Shown in pieces: positions 39,346-48,657 of a DNA stretch of 64,000 nucleotides. Numbering within the stretch: the stretch's first letter is position 1; the number at the start of each line of letters is the position of its first letter. The notes under the pieces are model-generated. The model was not told where the DNA came from. It made no database searches and was given only the letters and a program-made list of their open reading frames with translations. This DNA comes from an uncultured Candidatus Rokubacteria bacterium. Lineage in GTDB: Bacteria; Methylomirabilota; Methylomirabilia; Rokubacteriales; DASRDR01. Where the stretch lies: positions 416,001 through 480,000 of the forward strand of contig CAWGVS010000010.1 in NCBI GenBank assembly GCA_963826115.1, written 5' to 3'. Both the position numbers and the translations under genes were made by a program.

Positions 39346-39966
39346 GTGTCGCGCCTGTTCCTGGTCGCGGACCGCTCGGAGATCGAGCGCCGCCGGAGGC
39401 AGCTGGGTCCGGGCGAGCTCGTGGAGGCCTGGGAGACGCTGCACACGCCGGACGTGACGTGGCTCGGCGATCCCGAGCTCCGCCGGATCGCGTACCAGCG
39501 CGGCGGCGCGACCCCGACGCCGGGCCTCTTCTGGGTCGGGGAGTCCGCCAAGGCGGCGCTCGACCGGGTCGGCGCGCCCCTGCCACACTTGCTGGCGATT
39601 CCCGAGGCGACCGTGCCCATTTACTACGGGCCGTGGCTCCGTGACACCGAATCTCTTCCCGCCGAGGAGTCGCTCAAGGCGCGTGTGCTGTCGGCGCGCG
39701 GCATCGCCGTAACCTGGGCCACGTACGACCATGCCGGGGACCGGTTGGAGTACCAGCCCGCCGATCCCCTCGACCCCGTGTTCTACCTGCGCCGAGCCCG
39801 GACGCGGGTGCTCCACGCATGGCGGCTGTTCCGCACTCGCGGAGAGGCGCTTCGTTACGCCGACACTCTGAAGGAGGATCAGGACGCAGGGCGCTGGGCG
39901 GAGAGCATTCCGTCGGGCGACTTCGACGAACTCGTCCGGACGTTCGGTGCCGGCCCGTCGGCCTGA
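39346..39966 (+). CDS. Hypothetical protein
   Basis: 206-aa ORF continuing the operon; flanked by 12-bp direct repeats. Confidence 0.65.
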   Translation: MSRLFLVADRSEIERRRRQLGPGELVEAWETLHTPDVTWLGDPELRRIAYQRGGATPTPGLFWVGESAKAALDRVGAPLPHLLAIPEATVPIYYGPWLRDTESLPAEESLKARVLSARGIAVTWATYDHAGDRLEYQPADPLDPVFYLRRARTRVLHAWRLFRTRGEALRYADTLKEDQDAGRWAESIPSGDFDELVRTFGAGPSA

Positions 39967-40078
39967 GCGCTGGGACTTCATGCCGCCGGCGCGATCGGCT
40001 CGTTAGTCAGCCCGACGCCGGCCGCGGGAGGGGCGCAGCGCGGCGGTCCGGGCCCGCCCGACGCGTCGGACGCGGGGG

Positions 40079-40480
40079 TCAGCGATCTCCGAAGGCGAGG
40101 CGGAAGCGCCGCCGGGCGAGTCCGTCGAGGGACTCGCGGAACCGCCGGTAGCGCGCCAGGAAGGCCCGCCCCTCGCGGGTCAGGCGCGCGCCGCCCGCGC
40201 CGGCGCCGCCGGGCCGGCGCGTGAGGAACGGGAATCCCGCCGCGGCCTCGAGCTCGCGGATGTACCCCCACGCCGCCCGGTACGACATGCCCATCTGCGC
40301 GACGGCGCTCCGGATGGAGCCGAGCTCGTCGATCAGCTCGAAGAGCCGGGCCCGGCCGTCGCCGAGCTTCGTCCCGCCGTCGAACACGACCCAGATCTTC
40401 ACGCGCGGCCCGGCCGACGGGCGGGTCCGAGTGTTCCGACGGGCCGGTGTTGCGCGGCGCGGCGCGACTCTCGACGCCAT
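40079..40480 (-). CDS. ModE-type winged HTH regulator (N-terminal domain only)
   Basis: 'KIWV...LGDGRARLFELIDELGSIRSAVAQMGMSYRAAWGYIRELE...GGARLTREG'; no molybdate-binding TOBE domains. Confidence 0.88.
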   Translation of the reverse strand: MASRVAPRRATPARRNTRTRPSAGPRVKIWVVFDGGTKLGDGRARLFELIDELGSIRSAVAQMGMSYRAAWGYIRELEAAAGFPFLTRRPGGAGAGGARLTREGRAFLARYRRFRESLDGLARRRFRLAFGDR

Positions 40481-40713
40481 CGGGCGATTATAGTCCGCGG
40501 GGCGCGCGATGCTCGATCGAACGACTGCGGGACCTCGCTGATGGGGCGGGCGATCCCTTGACGGCTCCGAGAGTGTCTGTTAGGCCTGGGACCCGAGCGT
40601 TTCTCACCGCGTTCGAGAGGGAGGTCCGGGTGCCGTTGCCACTTCCGATGCCGCGCCGTGGCGCCGTCCGCGCGGGTCGCGGGCCGCCCGGACGCGGCCC
40701 GGCGGGTCTGGCC

Positions 40714-42138
40714 GTGATCCCCGCGCTCGTCGTCGCCGGCGTGGCCAGCGGTGTCGGCAAGACGACCTTCACCCTCGGGCTCCTGGAGGTTCTGCGCCGC
40801 CGCGGACTCGTCGCGCAGCCCTTCAAGGTCGGACCCGACTTCATCGACCCGGGATTCCACGGGCTGGTCGCGGGCCGCCCCTCGCACAACCTGGACGGGT
40901 GGCTCTGCTCGCGCGACGTCGTGCGCGCCACGGTGGCCCGCCACGCGGCGGACGCGGACCTGGCCCTCGTCGAGGGCGTCATGGGCTGCTTCGACGGCCG
41001 TGGCGCGTCGAGCGACGAGGGCTCCACCGCCGAGATCGCCAAGTGGCTCGGCGCGCCGGTGGTGCTGGTCGTCGACGCGTGGGCGATGGCACGCAGCGCT
41101 GGCGCCGTCGTGCTCGGTTTCGAGCGCTTCGATCCGGACCTGGACCTCGCCGGCGTCGTGTTCAACCGGGTCGCCGGCGAGGCTCACTGGCGGTGGCTCC
41201 GGGAAGCGGTAGCTCCGCGCTGCCGCGCGGTGGCGCTCGGCTACCTGCCGGGCCGGGACTCCCTGGCACTGCCCGAGCGCCACCTCGGACTGGTCACCGC
41301 CCCGGAGCGCGGGCTCTCGCGGGCGCTCCTCGACGAGCTGGCCGGCGCGATCGAGGCCTCGGTCGACGTCGACGGGCTGCTCCGGCTCGCGCGGAGCAGC
41401 GTCGAGCCCGCCGCCGCCGCGTCGCGCTCGCCCGGCGGTCGTGCCGCGTCGCCCCGGGCCCGGATCGGCGTCGCCCGAGACGTCGCGTTCCAGTTCTACT
41501 ACCCGGCGAACCTCGACCTCCTGCGCGCCGCCGGCGCGGAGCTGGTCTTCTGGAGCCCGCTCGTTGACGGGGAGCTCCCCGACGTGGACGCGCTCTACCT
41601 TGGCGGTGGCTACCCGGAGGTGCACGCCGCGCGTCTCGCGGCCAATCGCTCGATGCGCGAGGCGGTGCGGGCGTTCGCGCTGTCCGGGCGGCCGGTGTAC
41701 GCGGAGTGCGGCGGGCTCCTCTATCTGACCGAGGCGCTCGAGGACGAGGCCGGCGTGCTCCAGCCGATGGCGGGCGTGCTCCCGACCGTCGGCCGGATGG
41801 CGCCGGGGCGCCTCACGCTGGGCTACGCCGAGGTGGAGGGGACCCGCGCGACGCCCCTCGGCCCCGCGGGCATCGTGGTCCGCGGCCACGAGTTTCACGC
41901 CTCGCGCATCGACGACGTCCCGGACGACGTGCCGCGCGCCTATGCCGTCCGCGCGGGCGGCGGTGGCCCGCCCCGCGCCGAGGGCTACCTGATCGGCGAA
42001 ACCCTCATGAGCTACGTGCACCTTCACTTCGGCTCGAATCCCGCCGTCGCTCACCACCTGGTGCGCCACGCGAACGCCCGCCGGCGCGGGCGTGCAGGCG
42101 CGCCGGTCACCGTCATGTCGTCCAAGGAGGCCCTGTGA
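40714..42138 (+). CDS. cbiA: Cobyrinate a,c-diamide synthase (CbiA/CobB)
   Basis: 'SGVGKTT', 'FKVGPDFIDP', 'EGVMGCFDG', 'LPERHLGLV', 'AFQFYY', 'YAECGG', 'RGHEFH', 'SYVHLHF'. Alternative start GTG 40630 after GGAGG. Confidence 0.92.
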   Translation: MIPALVVAGVASGVGKTTFTLGLLEVLRRRGLVAQPFKVGPDFIDPGFHGLVAGRPSHNLDGWLCSRDVVRATVARHAADADLALVEGVMGCFDGRGASSDEGSTAEIAKWLGAPVVLVVDAWAMARSAGAVVLGFERFDPDLDLAGVVFNRVAGEAHWRWLREAVAPRCRAVALGYLPGRDSLALPERHLGLVTAPERGLSRALLDELAGAIEASVDVDGLLRLARSSVEPAAAASRSPGGRAASPRARIGVARDVAFQFYYPANLDLLRAAGAELVFWSPLVDGELPDVDALYLGGGYPEVHAARLAANRSMREAVRAFALSGRPVYAECGGLLYLTEALEDEAGVLQPMAGVLPTVGRMAPGRLTLGYAEVEGTRATPLGPAGIVVRGHEFHASRIDDVPDDVPRAYAVRAGGGGPPRAEGYLIGETLMSYVHLHFGSNPAVAHHLVRHANARRRGRAGAPVTVMSSKEAL

Positions 42139-42347
42139 CCACGGACCGCACTCACGCCGCTCCGTCACCGCCCGAGACCGGGCTCCTGGTCGGCCTCCTC
42201 GGGCTCGCGCTCTTCGGCTTCTACGTGCTCGCGCTCGACCAGGGCTGGCTCCTGTCCCTGGTCCAGGGGGCCCGCGCCTTCGACCTGAACTTCATCCACG
42301 AAGCCGTCCACGACGCGCGTCACGTCGCCGGATTCCCGTGCCACTGA
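42135..42347 (+). CDS. cbtB: Cobalt transporter subunit CbtB
   Basis: One TM helix plus C-terminal 'HEAVHDARHVAGFPCH'. Confidence 0.9.
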   Translation: MTTDRTHAAPSPPETGLLVGLLGLALFGFYVLALDQGWLLSLVQGARAFDLNFIHEAVHDARHVAGFPCH

Positions 42348-42352
42348 GCGCC

Positions 42353-43085
42353 GTGGACCTGCGAAGCGCGCTCCGGGCCGCGATTCTGGCCGGGCTGGTC
42401 GCGGCCGTCCTCGCGTCGCTCTTCCACCAGGCGCTCACCGAGCCGGTCATCGACCGGGCCATCGCCGCCGAGGAGGCGCGCGCGGCGGCGCAGCCCGGCC
42501 ACGCGCACGCCGAGGAGCCGGTGGTGAGCCGCGGGGGCCAGAAGGTCGGGCTCGTCGTGGGGCTTCTCCTCTACGGGCTCGTGTGGGGACTCGTGGTCGG
42601 GCTCGGCCTCCACGCGACCCGCGGGTGGGCGCCGCCGGGATGGAGCCTCGGCCGCCGGGGGCTGGTCGTCGCCGGCCTGGTGGGATGGTCGGCGGCGCTC
42701 TTTCCATTCCTCAAGTACCCGGCCAATCCGCCGGGCGTCGGCGAGCCCGGGACGATCGGCTACCGCCAGACGCTCTACGTCGGCTTCATCGCGCTGGCGG
42801 TCCTCGGCGCCGCGCTCGCCGCGTCGCTCCGGCGGCGTCTGGCCGGGACGTCGCGCGGCGCCGGCGTCTGGATCGCGCCGGTGGCGTTCTACGCGGTGTG
42901 GGCTCTCGCCCTCTACGCGCTGATGCCCCCGAACCCGGATCCCGGTGGAGCTGTCAGCGTCGATCGTGCGGCCGTTCCGGGCCCTGTCCCTGGCGGGACT
43001 GGTTGTGTTCTGGGGCGGGTTCGCGCTCGCCCTCGCGTATCTGGGCCGCGAACGGCGGCGCGTTCCGGCCCGCGTCCGTGGCTGA
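42353..43085 (+). CDS. cbtA: Cobalt transporter subunit CbtA, frameshifted near 42942
   Basis: 'EPVIDRAIAAEE', 'KYPANPPGVG..TIGYRQ'. After 'gatcccggtggag' the next frame gives 'ELSASIVRPFRALSLAGLVVFWGG...' to TGA 43085. Confidence 0.85.
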
Positions 43086-43488
43086 GCGGGGGCTCGTCTT
43101 CGCGTGTAGCGGGTGCTGTTGCGGCCATCCGGACCGCGGCGGGCAGATGGCGCCACCCCGCGTCCTCCGGTCGGCCGCCCGCCGTCTCCACAAGGCCTCG
43201 GGGCTCGCCGGGCAGGTACGGCTCTCGATCTCCGACTGCCTCGGACCCTGCAGCGAGGCCAACGTCGTCTTCGTCTGCGTGAACGGCCGGACGCTCTGGT
43301 TCCGCCGCATGAACTCGCCCGAGCTCTTCGCGGAGCTCCTCCGCTACGTCGGCGAGGCAGCGGCCGACCCGACGCGGACGCTGCCGGCCGCGCTGGCGCT
43401 CCACTCGTTCAGCTGGGCCGGCGGCGGCGCCGGACCCGAGCCGCCCGTTGCCGACGACGGGGAGCCGGCGGGCGAGGGCGTGGCGTGA
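43078..43488 (+). CDS. Thioredoxin-like (2Fe-2S) ferredoxin / Cys-rich metal-binding protein
   Basis: 'FACSGCCCGH...SDCLGPCSEANVV'. Confidence 0.75.
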   Translation: MAERGLVFACSGCCCGHPDRGGQMAPPRVLRSAARRLHKASGLAGQVRLSISDCLGPCSEANVVFVCVNGRTLWFRRMNSPELFAELLRYVGEAAADPTRTLPAALALHSFSWAGGGAGPEPPVADDGEPAGEGVA

Positions 43489-44144
43489 GCGCGGCGCCGG
43501 GCTCGGTCGTCGCGGACCGGACCGTCGTCCTGATGTGCGGGCTGCCCGCGTCGGGCAAGACGACGACCGCGGAGCGCCTCCACGCCGCGATCGGCGGCGC
43601 GCTCATCCGGAGCTGCGACGTGTACCGGGCGCTCGGCATCTCGCTTCCGGACTGGGTACGACGGACGCGCGGCTTCACGGTCGATGTCCATCTCTACGAC
43701 CGCGTGCGCGACGAGGCCTACCGGGAGATGGGGCGGCGACTCGCTGCGGCGCTCCTGGCGGGCGTCTCACCGGCAATCGTCGATGCGGTCCACGGCGAGC
43801 CGGAGAAGCGTGCCGACATGTACGCGATCTGCCAGGCGCATGGCGCGACGCCGGTGCTCCTCCTCTGCCGCTGCGACGACCCGACGGAGATCGCGCGGCG
43901 GTTCGGGGCGCGAAGCGGGCGCGAGCGCGAACCCCGGAACGAGGCGAGCGACCTGTCCGTGTTCCGCGACATCGCGCGACGCTGGCAGGACCCGGCGGGC
44001 GACCGGCTTCCCGATGGCCGGGCGCCCACGCTCATCACCTACGACACGGGCGCCCGCGTCCTCCGGGACGTGCGGATGGACGCCGAGACGGCCGATCTCG
44101 CCCGCCTCGTGGCGGCCCTCGAGCGGGACGGCGCCGCCGTCTGA
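43485..44144 (+). CDS. P-loop kinase (AAA_33-like)
   Basis: 'VLMCGLPASGKTTTA', 'IRSCDV', 'AIVDAV'. Confidence 0.78.
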   Translation: MSAAPGSVVADRTVVLMCGLPASGKTTTAERLHAAIGGALIRSCDVYRALGISLPDWVRRTRGFTVDVHLYDRVRDEAYREMGRRLAAALLAGVSPAIVDAVHGEPEKRADMYAICQAHGATPVLLLCRCDDPTEIARRFGARSGREREPRNEASDLSVFRDIARRWQDPAGDRLPDGRAPTLITYDTGARVLRDVRMDAETADLARLVAALERDGAAV

Positions 44145-44159
44145 GGGGCGCGCAGCTTT

Positions 44160-44837
44160 TCAGTCCGTCGCGGCCGGCGTCGCGCCCGGTCGGCGGTACT
44201 CGCGCACCGAGGCCGGCGCCTGGATGCCCGGGGTGAGTCGCGGGTCGGCCACCGGCGGCCCGACCTCCACGCGGAAGGGCAGCACCCCGGCCCAGCAGGG
44301 GAGACCGTAGTCCTCCTCGTCGTCAACCGGCGGCCCGGTCCGGACCTTGGCCGAGGCCTCGTCGATGGGAAGTCGCAGGATCCGCGTGGCCTTGAGCTCC
44401 AGGGCGCTTGGCGGCCGGACGTCCGCCCAGCGGCCGCGGACGATGTGCTCCGAGATGGTCTCGAGCGCCGAGAGCCGCTCGCGCTCCCCGGTCACCTCGA
44501 CGGCCCGGCCGAGGACGACGACCGACCGGTAGTTCATGGAGTGGTGATAGGCGGACCGGGCGAGCACGAGCCCGTCGAGGAGCGTCACGGTCACGCACAC
44601 CGGGAGGCCGTCGGCGAGCGTCCGCACGAGGCGGCTCGCCGCGGAGCCGTGGAGATAGAGGTCGTCCCCCGCGCGGCCGTAACCCGTCGGGATGACGTAC
44701 GGCTGGCCGTCGGCGACGAAGCCGACGTGGCAGAGGAAGCCCTCGTCCAGGATGGCGTGCACGGCGGCGCGGTTGTACACCGCCCGCTGGGGGAGCCGGC
44801 GGACCTGCGTTCGCGGCGTGACGGCGATGTCGGCCAT
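44160..44837 (-). CDS. Pyridoxamine 5'-phosphate oxidase-like flavin-binding protein (NimA-like)
   Basis: 'ILDEGFLCHVGF', 'LYLHGSAASR', 'DGLVLARSAYHHSMNYRSVV', 'SAKVRTGPP'. Confidence 0.9.
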   Translation of the reverse strand: MADIAVTPRTQVRRLPQRAVYNRAAVHAILDEGFLCHVGFVADGQPYVIPTGYGRAGDDLYLHGSAASRLVRTLADGLPVCVTVTLLDGLVLARSAYHHSMNYRSVVVLGRAVEVTGERERLSALETISEHIVRGRWADVRPPSALELKATRILRLPIDEASAKVRTGPPVDDEEDYGLPCWAGVLPFRVEVGPPVADPRLTPGIQAPASVREYRRPGATPAATD

Positions 44838-44958
44838 GGCGTGTCCTCCTCGGTCGCCACCATGCCCGCATCAATGGACCGACTAAAGATCCACAATCAC
44901 ACGATCGAATGGGGCCACTTCGACGGGAGGCACGGGGGCGCGCCGGCCCCGGCCCCGC

Positions 44959-45414
44959 TCAGCGCGCCGGCTCGAGCTCGTAGATGCCGGCGTCCGCCAT
45001 CAGCGCGAGGAAGAGGTGGCCGTCCCGGATCGCGTAGGAGCGGACGAAGCTCCAGTCCCTGACGATGCGGTCGTGGAGCGACCCGGGCGGGCACATGGCG
45101 CGCGTGAGGGCGAGGGGACCCAGCTGGAGCTGGCTCGGCCCAGGCGACGTCCACGTGCCGCGCCCGCGGTTGCAGTCGATGCGCGTGGTCACGCTCCCGT
45201 CGGCGTTGAACGCGATCGTGTACTTCGCCCGGTCGTCGGGCGTCAGGATCCGGTCGTCGCCGCCCTGGAACCGGACCAGGCGCCACTCCGTCCCGCCGAG
45301 CCCGGCCGGCGCGGCTCCCGACGGCGTGGTGTTGACCGCTCCGCAGGCGGCCGCCAGGGTCACGAGGAGCAGAAGCGTCGACAGGGTGGGGGGGCTCGCG
45401 CGCGGCGTGCTCAC
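44959..45414 (-). CDS. META domain lipoprotein
   Basis: Lipobox 'LAAAC'; 'LGGTEWRL', 'DCNRGRG', 'LALTRAMCPPGSL'. Confidence 0.85.
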   Translation of the reverse strand: MSTPRASPPTLSTLLLLVTLAAACGAVNTTPSGAAPAGLGGTEWRLVRFQGGDDRILTPDDRAKYTIAFNADGSVTTRIDCNRGRGTWTSPGPSQLQLGPLALTRAMCPPGSLHDRIVRDWSFVRSYAIRDGHLFLALMADAGIYELEPAR

Positions 45415-45559
45415 CGGGTCCTCCTCGGGTCGGGGGGGGGAGGCCACCTTCCGGGTCGCCTCGAACTCCCGTATTGTCGAACTGTACCGGATGCGCGCGC
45501 CGATGGCGCCCGGGGACGAGCGACCACGGCCCGGCCCCGTGGCGCTCAGGGAGGGCCCG

Positions 45560-46582
45560 ATGCGTCGTGGACTGATCCTGCTGCTTGGGTGCGGCGGTGC
45601 CCTGCTGGCGGCGAGCCCGGGGCTCGCCCAGGCGCCGGCCCCGGACATCGAGCGCGTGCTGGCGGAGCGGTTTGGCCTCACGGGGGCCGAGCTCGGTCAG
45701 CTGCGAGGCGGCGAGCCCGTGATCAGGACTACCCCGCTCGAGGCGCCCGAGATGGCCGCCTTCGGCGGGGTCCGGATCCCCGACGACAAGGAGCGGCTCG
45801 TCCGGTGGGTCCGCGACATCGAGGGGTTCCGCAAGGCGGCCGACCTCGGGCTGGCGCGCAAGCTGAGCTCACCGCCGTCGATCAACGACTTCGGGGACCT
45901 CACCCTCGACGCCGGCGAGCTCGACGCCCTCCGCAAGTGCAAGCCCGGCGACTGCGCGCTCCGCCTGGGCGACCAGGCCATCGCGCGGTTCCAGGCCGAG
46001 GTGCCCTGGGACGCGCCGGACGCGGGGCGACGGGCGAACCTGCTGACGCGCCAGCTTCTCCTGAAGTACGCGGAGGCGTACCTCAAGGGCGGCGAGAGCG
46101 CGTTGGGGGCGGCCCACGACGAGCGCAAGCCTCGGCTCGTCGCCGACGACTTCCGCGCCCTGATCCAGGACGCCACCAACCTGTACGCGCTGGCGCCCCA
46201 GCTGGCCGCCTACCTGGCCCAGTACCCCGGAGGCCCCGCTATTCCGGTGGAAGAGTTCCTGTACTGGGCCAAGGGGGGCTTTGGGACCGAGCCGTCGATC
46301 ACGCTGCATCATCTCGTGATCCACCGGGACCCCGCCGGTGGCGTCTTCGTCGCCAACAAGCAGCTCTACGCCAGCCGCTACGTGGACGCCTCGATGCTGG
46401 TCCTGTGGCTGGCGTCTCCGCCGGACGGCAAGGGGTACTACCTCCTGGCCGGCGTCCGCGCGCGCTCGCGCCTGCTGGAGGGCTTCACGGCGCGGATGCT
46501 GCGCGGGCGGATCGAGGAGGAGACGCGCTCCTATCTCAAGATCTATCTGGACTGGCTGCGGAAGAGCCTGACGCCGGCGTGA
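45560..46582 (+). CDS. Exported hypothetical protein
   Basis: Signal peptide MRRGLILLLGCGGALLAASPGLA; 'EEFLYWAK', 'KQLYASRYVDAS'; GGAGG RBS. Confidence 0.75.
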   Translation: MRRGLILLLGCGGALLAASPGLAQAPAPDIERVLAERFGLTGAELGQLRGGEPVIRTTPLEAPEMAAFGGVRIPDDKERLVRWVRDIEGFRKAADLGLARKLSSPPSINDFGDLTLDAGELDALRKCKPGDCALRLGDQAIARFQAEVPWDAPDAGRRANLLTRQLLLKYAEAYLKGGESALGAAHDERKPRLVADDFRALIQDATNLYALAPQLAAYLAQYPGGPAIPVEEFLYWAKGGFGTEPSITLHHLVIHRDPAGGVFVANKQLYASRYVDASMLVLWLASPPDGKGYYLLAGVRARSRLLEGFTARMLRGRIEEETRSYLKIYLDWLRKSLTPA

Positions 46583-46710
46583 CTCGGGTCGCCGTGATCC
46601 GCCGGATATGACGGCGGGACCGTTCCGGGCGGCGGCAGGTGGCTGGGGCCCACGGCCCGACGGGCGCGCGCGCGCCGATGCCACGGGTATTTCCGGCGCG
46701 GTGCGGGGCG

Positions 46711-46725
46711 TGGCACGGACGTTGC
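46711..46725 (+). promoter_or_regulatory. sigma54 (-24/-12) promoter
   Basis: TGGCAC-GGACG-TTGC, exact consensus, ~80 nt upstream of the Ca2+/H+ exchanger. Confidence 0.75.
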
Positions 46726-46806
46726 CACACCATGCCCGCATGACCGGGACGGCCGGGGAACGCGAACACCGCCGATGAACGCTCGCGCACCGGGGACAGC
46801 CCGGGC

Positions 46807-47880
46807 GTGAAGCCCTCGGTCACCTGGCTGCTGGCGCTCATCCCGGTCACGCTCTGGCTCGATCACAGTGGCGCCCCGGCCCCCTGGGTGTTCTTCTCCG
46901 CCGCCCTGGCCATCGTGCCGATCGCGCGAATGATCGTCCGCGCGACCGAGCAGCTCGCCACCTACACCGGTGACGCGGCCGGCGCCCTCCTCAACGCGAC
47001 CTTCGGGAACGCGCCGGAGCTGATCATCGCCTTCGTCGCGCTGCGCGCGGGCCTTCTCGACATGGTGCGCGCCTCGCTGGTGGGGGCCATTCTGGCGAAC
47101 CTGCTCCTCGCCCTCGGCATCGCGTTCGTGGTCGGCGGGGTCCGCTTCCACAACCAGACCTACCGGGAGTCCGCGGCGCGCGTCTACAGCTCCATGATGC
47201 TCATCGCGGCGATCAGCATGACCGTGCCCAGCGCGTTCAGCCGGGTGTTCGCGCCCGAAGAGACCCTTTGGGAGGAGTCGCTGCTGAACGTCGGCCTCGC
47301 CATCGTGCTGCTCGTCACCTACGCGCTCTACCTCGTCTTCATGCTCAAGACCCACGCCGAAGAGTTCGCGGAGGAGGGCGGCTCCAATGAGGCCCATCAC
47401 GGCCCGCGCTGGAGCCTCCGGCGGGCCGTCGGGAGCCTGCTCGGCGCGTCGGTCCTGGCGGCGTGGATGAGCGAGGTGCTGGTGGGCGCCGCGGAGGGCA
47501 CCGGGACGGCGCTCGGGATGTCGGACGTCTTCATCGGCATCGTCTTTCTGGCGATCGTCGGTGGCGCCGCCGAGAGCGGCTCCGCGGTCGCCATGGCGGC
47601 CCGGAACCGCATGGATCTGGCGGTGGGCATCGCCCTCGGCAGCTCCATCCAGATCGCGCTCTTCGTGGCGCCGATGCTGGTGCTGGCCAGCTACGTCATC
47701 GCGCCTGCGCCCCTCGAGCTGTCCTTCGGGCGGGCGGAGATCGGGTCTCTCTTCATGGCCGTCCTGATCGGCGCGCACGTGGCGGGCGTGGGGCGCGGGA
47801 ACTGGTTCAAGGGGGTCCAGCTCGTCGCCGTCTACCTGATCATCGCGTTGATGTTCTACCTGTCGCCCACGGCGAACTGA
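46807..47880 (+). CDS. cax: Calcium/proton exchanger (CAX/ChaA family)
   Basis: 'LLNATFGNAPELII', 'GAILANLLL', 'GSSIQIALFVAP', 'NWFKGVQL'. Confidence 0.92.
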   Translation: MKPSVTWLLALIPVTLWLDHSGAPAPWVFFSAALAIVPIARMIVRATEQLATYTGDAAGALLNATFGNAPELIIAFVALRAGLLDMVRASLVGAILANLLLALGIAFVVGGVRFHNQTYRESAARVYSSMMLIAAISMTVPSAFSRVFAPEETLWEESLLNVGLAIVLLVTYALYLVFMLKTHAEEFAEEGGSNEAHHGPRWSLRRAVGSLLGASVLAAWMSEVLVGAAEGTGTALGMSDVFIGIVFLAIVGGAAESGSAVAMAARNRMDLAVGIALGSSIQIALFVAPMLVLASYVIAPAPLELSFGRAEIGSLFMAVLIGAHVAGVGRGNWFKGVQLVAVYLIIALMFYLSPTAN

Positions 47881-47968
47881 GCGTGGTCGCCGACCTCGCC
47901 GAGGCGGATGCCCGCCCGCCGGGATCCTCGGGCTTGGCGTGGCGGCGCGCGCGCGTGGAGACCCACTC

Positions 47969-48424
47969 ATGCTGAGGCTGATCCTGTCCGCGTTCGGTCT
48001 CGCGACGGTCACCGTGATGCTGCACGGGATCGGCACCGTGGCCGTGGCGGGGCACGCGATCGGGTTCTGGGCGGGCCACCGGGAGGCACGGACGCGCTTC
48101 GGCGGGGAGCTCCTCCTGGCGCGCCTCGTGAGCGTCCTGTTGCTGCTGCACCTCGCCGAGGCGGTCGTCTGGGCAGTGTTCATCTATCTGATCGGCGAGC
48201 TGCCCGACCTCGAATCCTCTCTCTACTTCTCCCTCACGAGCTACACCACCGTCGGGTACGGGGACGTGGTGCTCGCCGCGCCATGGCGCCTCCTGGGACC
48301 CATCGAGGCGGCGGTGGGTGTGCTCATGCTCGGCTGGTCCACGGGCATCCTGGTCGCGGTCATCGGCATGGTGTATCGGGACGTGTTCCCGACCCTGAGG
48401 CAACCGGCGGAACGGCCCCGCTGA
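47969..48424 (+). CDS. Potassium channel family protein (2TM-P, KcsA-like)
   Basis: Selectivity filter 'YFSLTSYTTVGYGD'. Confidence 0.88.
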   Translation: MLRLILSAFGLATVTVMLHGIGTVAVAGHAIGFWAGHREARTRFGGELLLARLVSVLLLLHLAEAVVWAVFIYLIGELPDLESSLYFSLTSYTTVGYGDVVLAAPWRLLGPIEAAVGVLMLGWSTGILVAVIGMVYRDVFPTLRQPAERPR

Positions 48425-48589
48425 TCCGGACCCGGCCGCGTCGGCGCGCTGACGGCACGAGGCAGCGCACGGGACGCCTGTGCGCGGGTTCAACCCGCCG
48501 CATGCGACGGGCGCCGCTTCCCGTGACGGGAGGCGCGCCGCCGCCCTCCCGCCACGTCTGAATCGACGGCTACTTCCGCATCCCCTGCA

Positions 48590-48604
48590 TGGCACGCGCG
48601 TTGC
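48590..48604 (+). promoter_or_regulatory. sigma54 (-24/-12) promoter
   Basis: TGGCAC-GCGCG-TTGC, exact consensus, ~55 nt upstream of the outer-membrane barrel gene. Confidence 0.75.
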
Positions 48605-48657
48605 CTCATGTCTCGGCGACTCAGTGTCGCTATCCAACGAAACGGAGGAGGCACCCC

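Noticed and set aside
40480-40714. Cobalamin riboswitch upstream of cbiA
   Set aside because: Only fragments (GCCACT, AGGGA) are present. The conserved B12-box and CCCGC/AGYCAG elements were not recognisable by eye.
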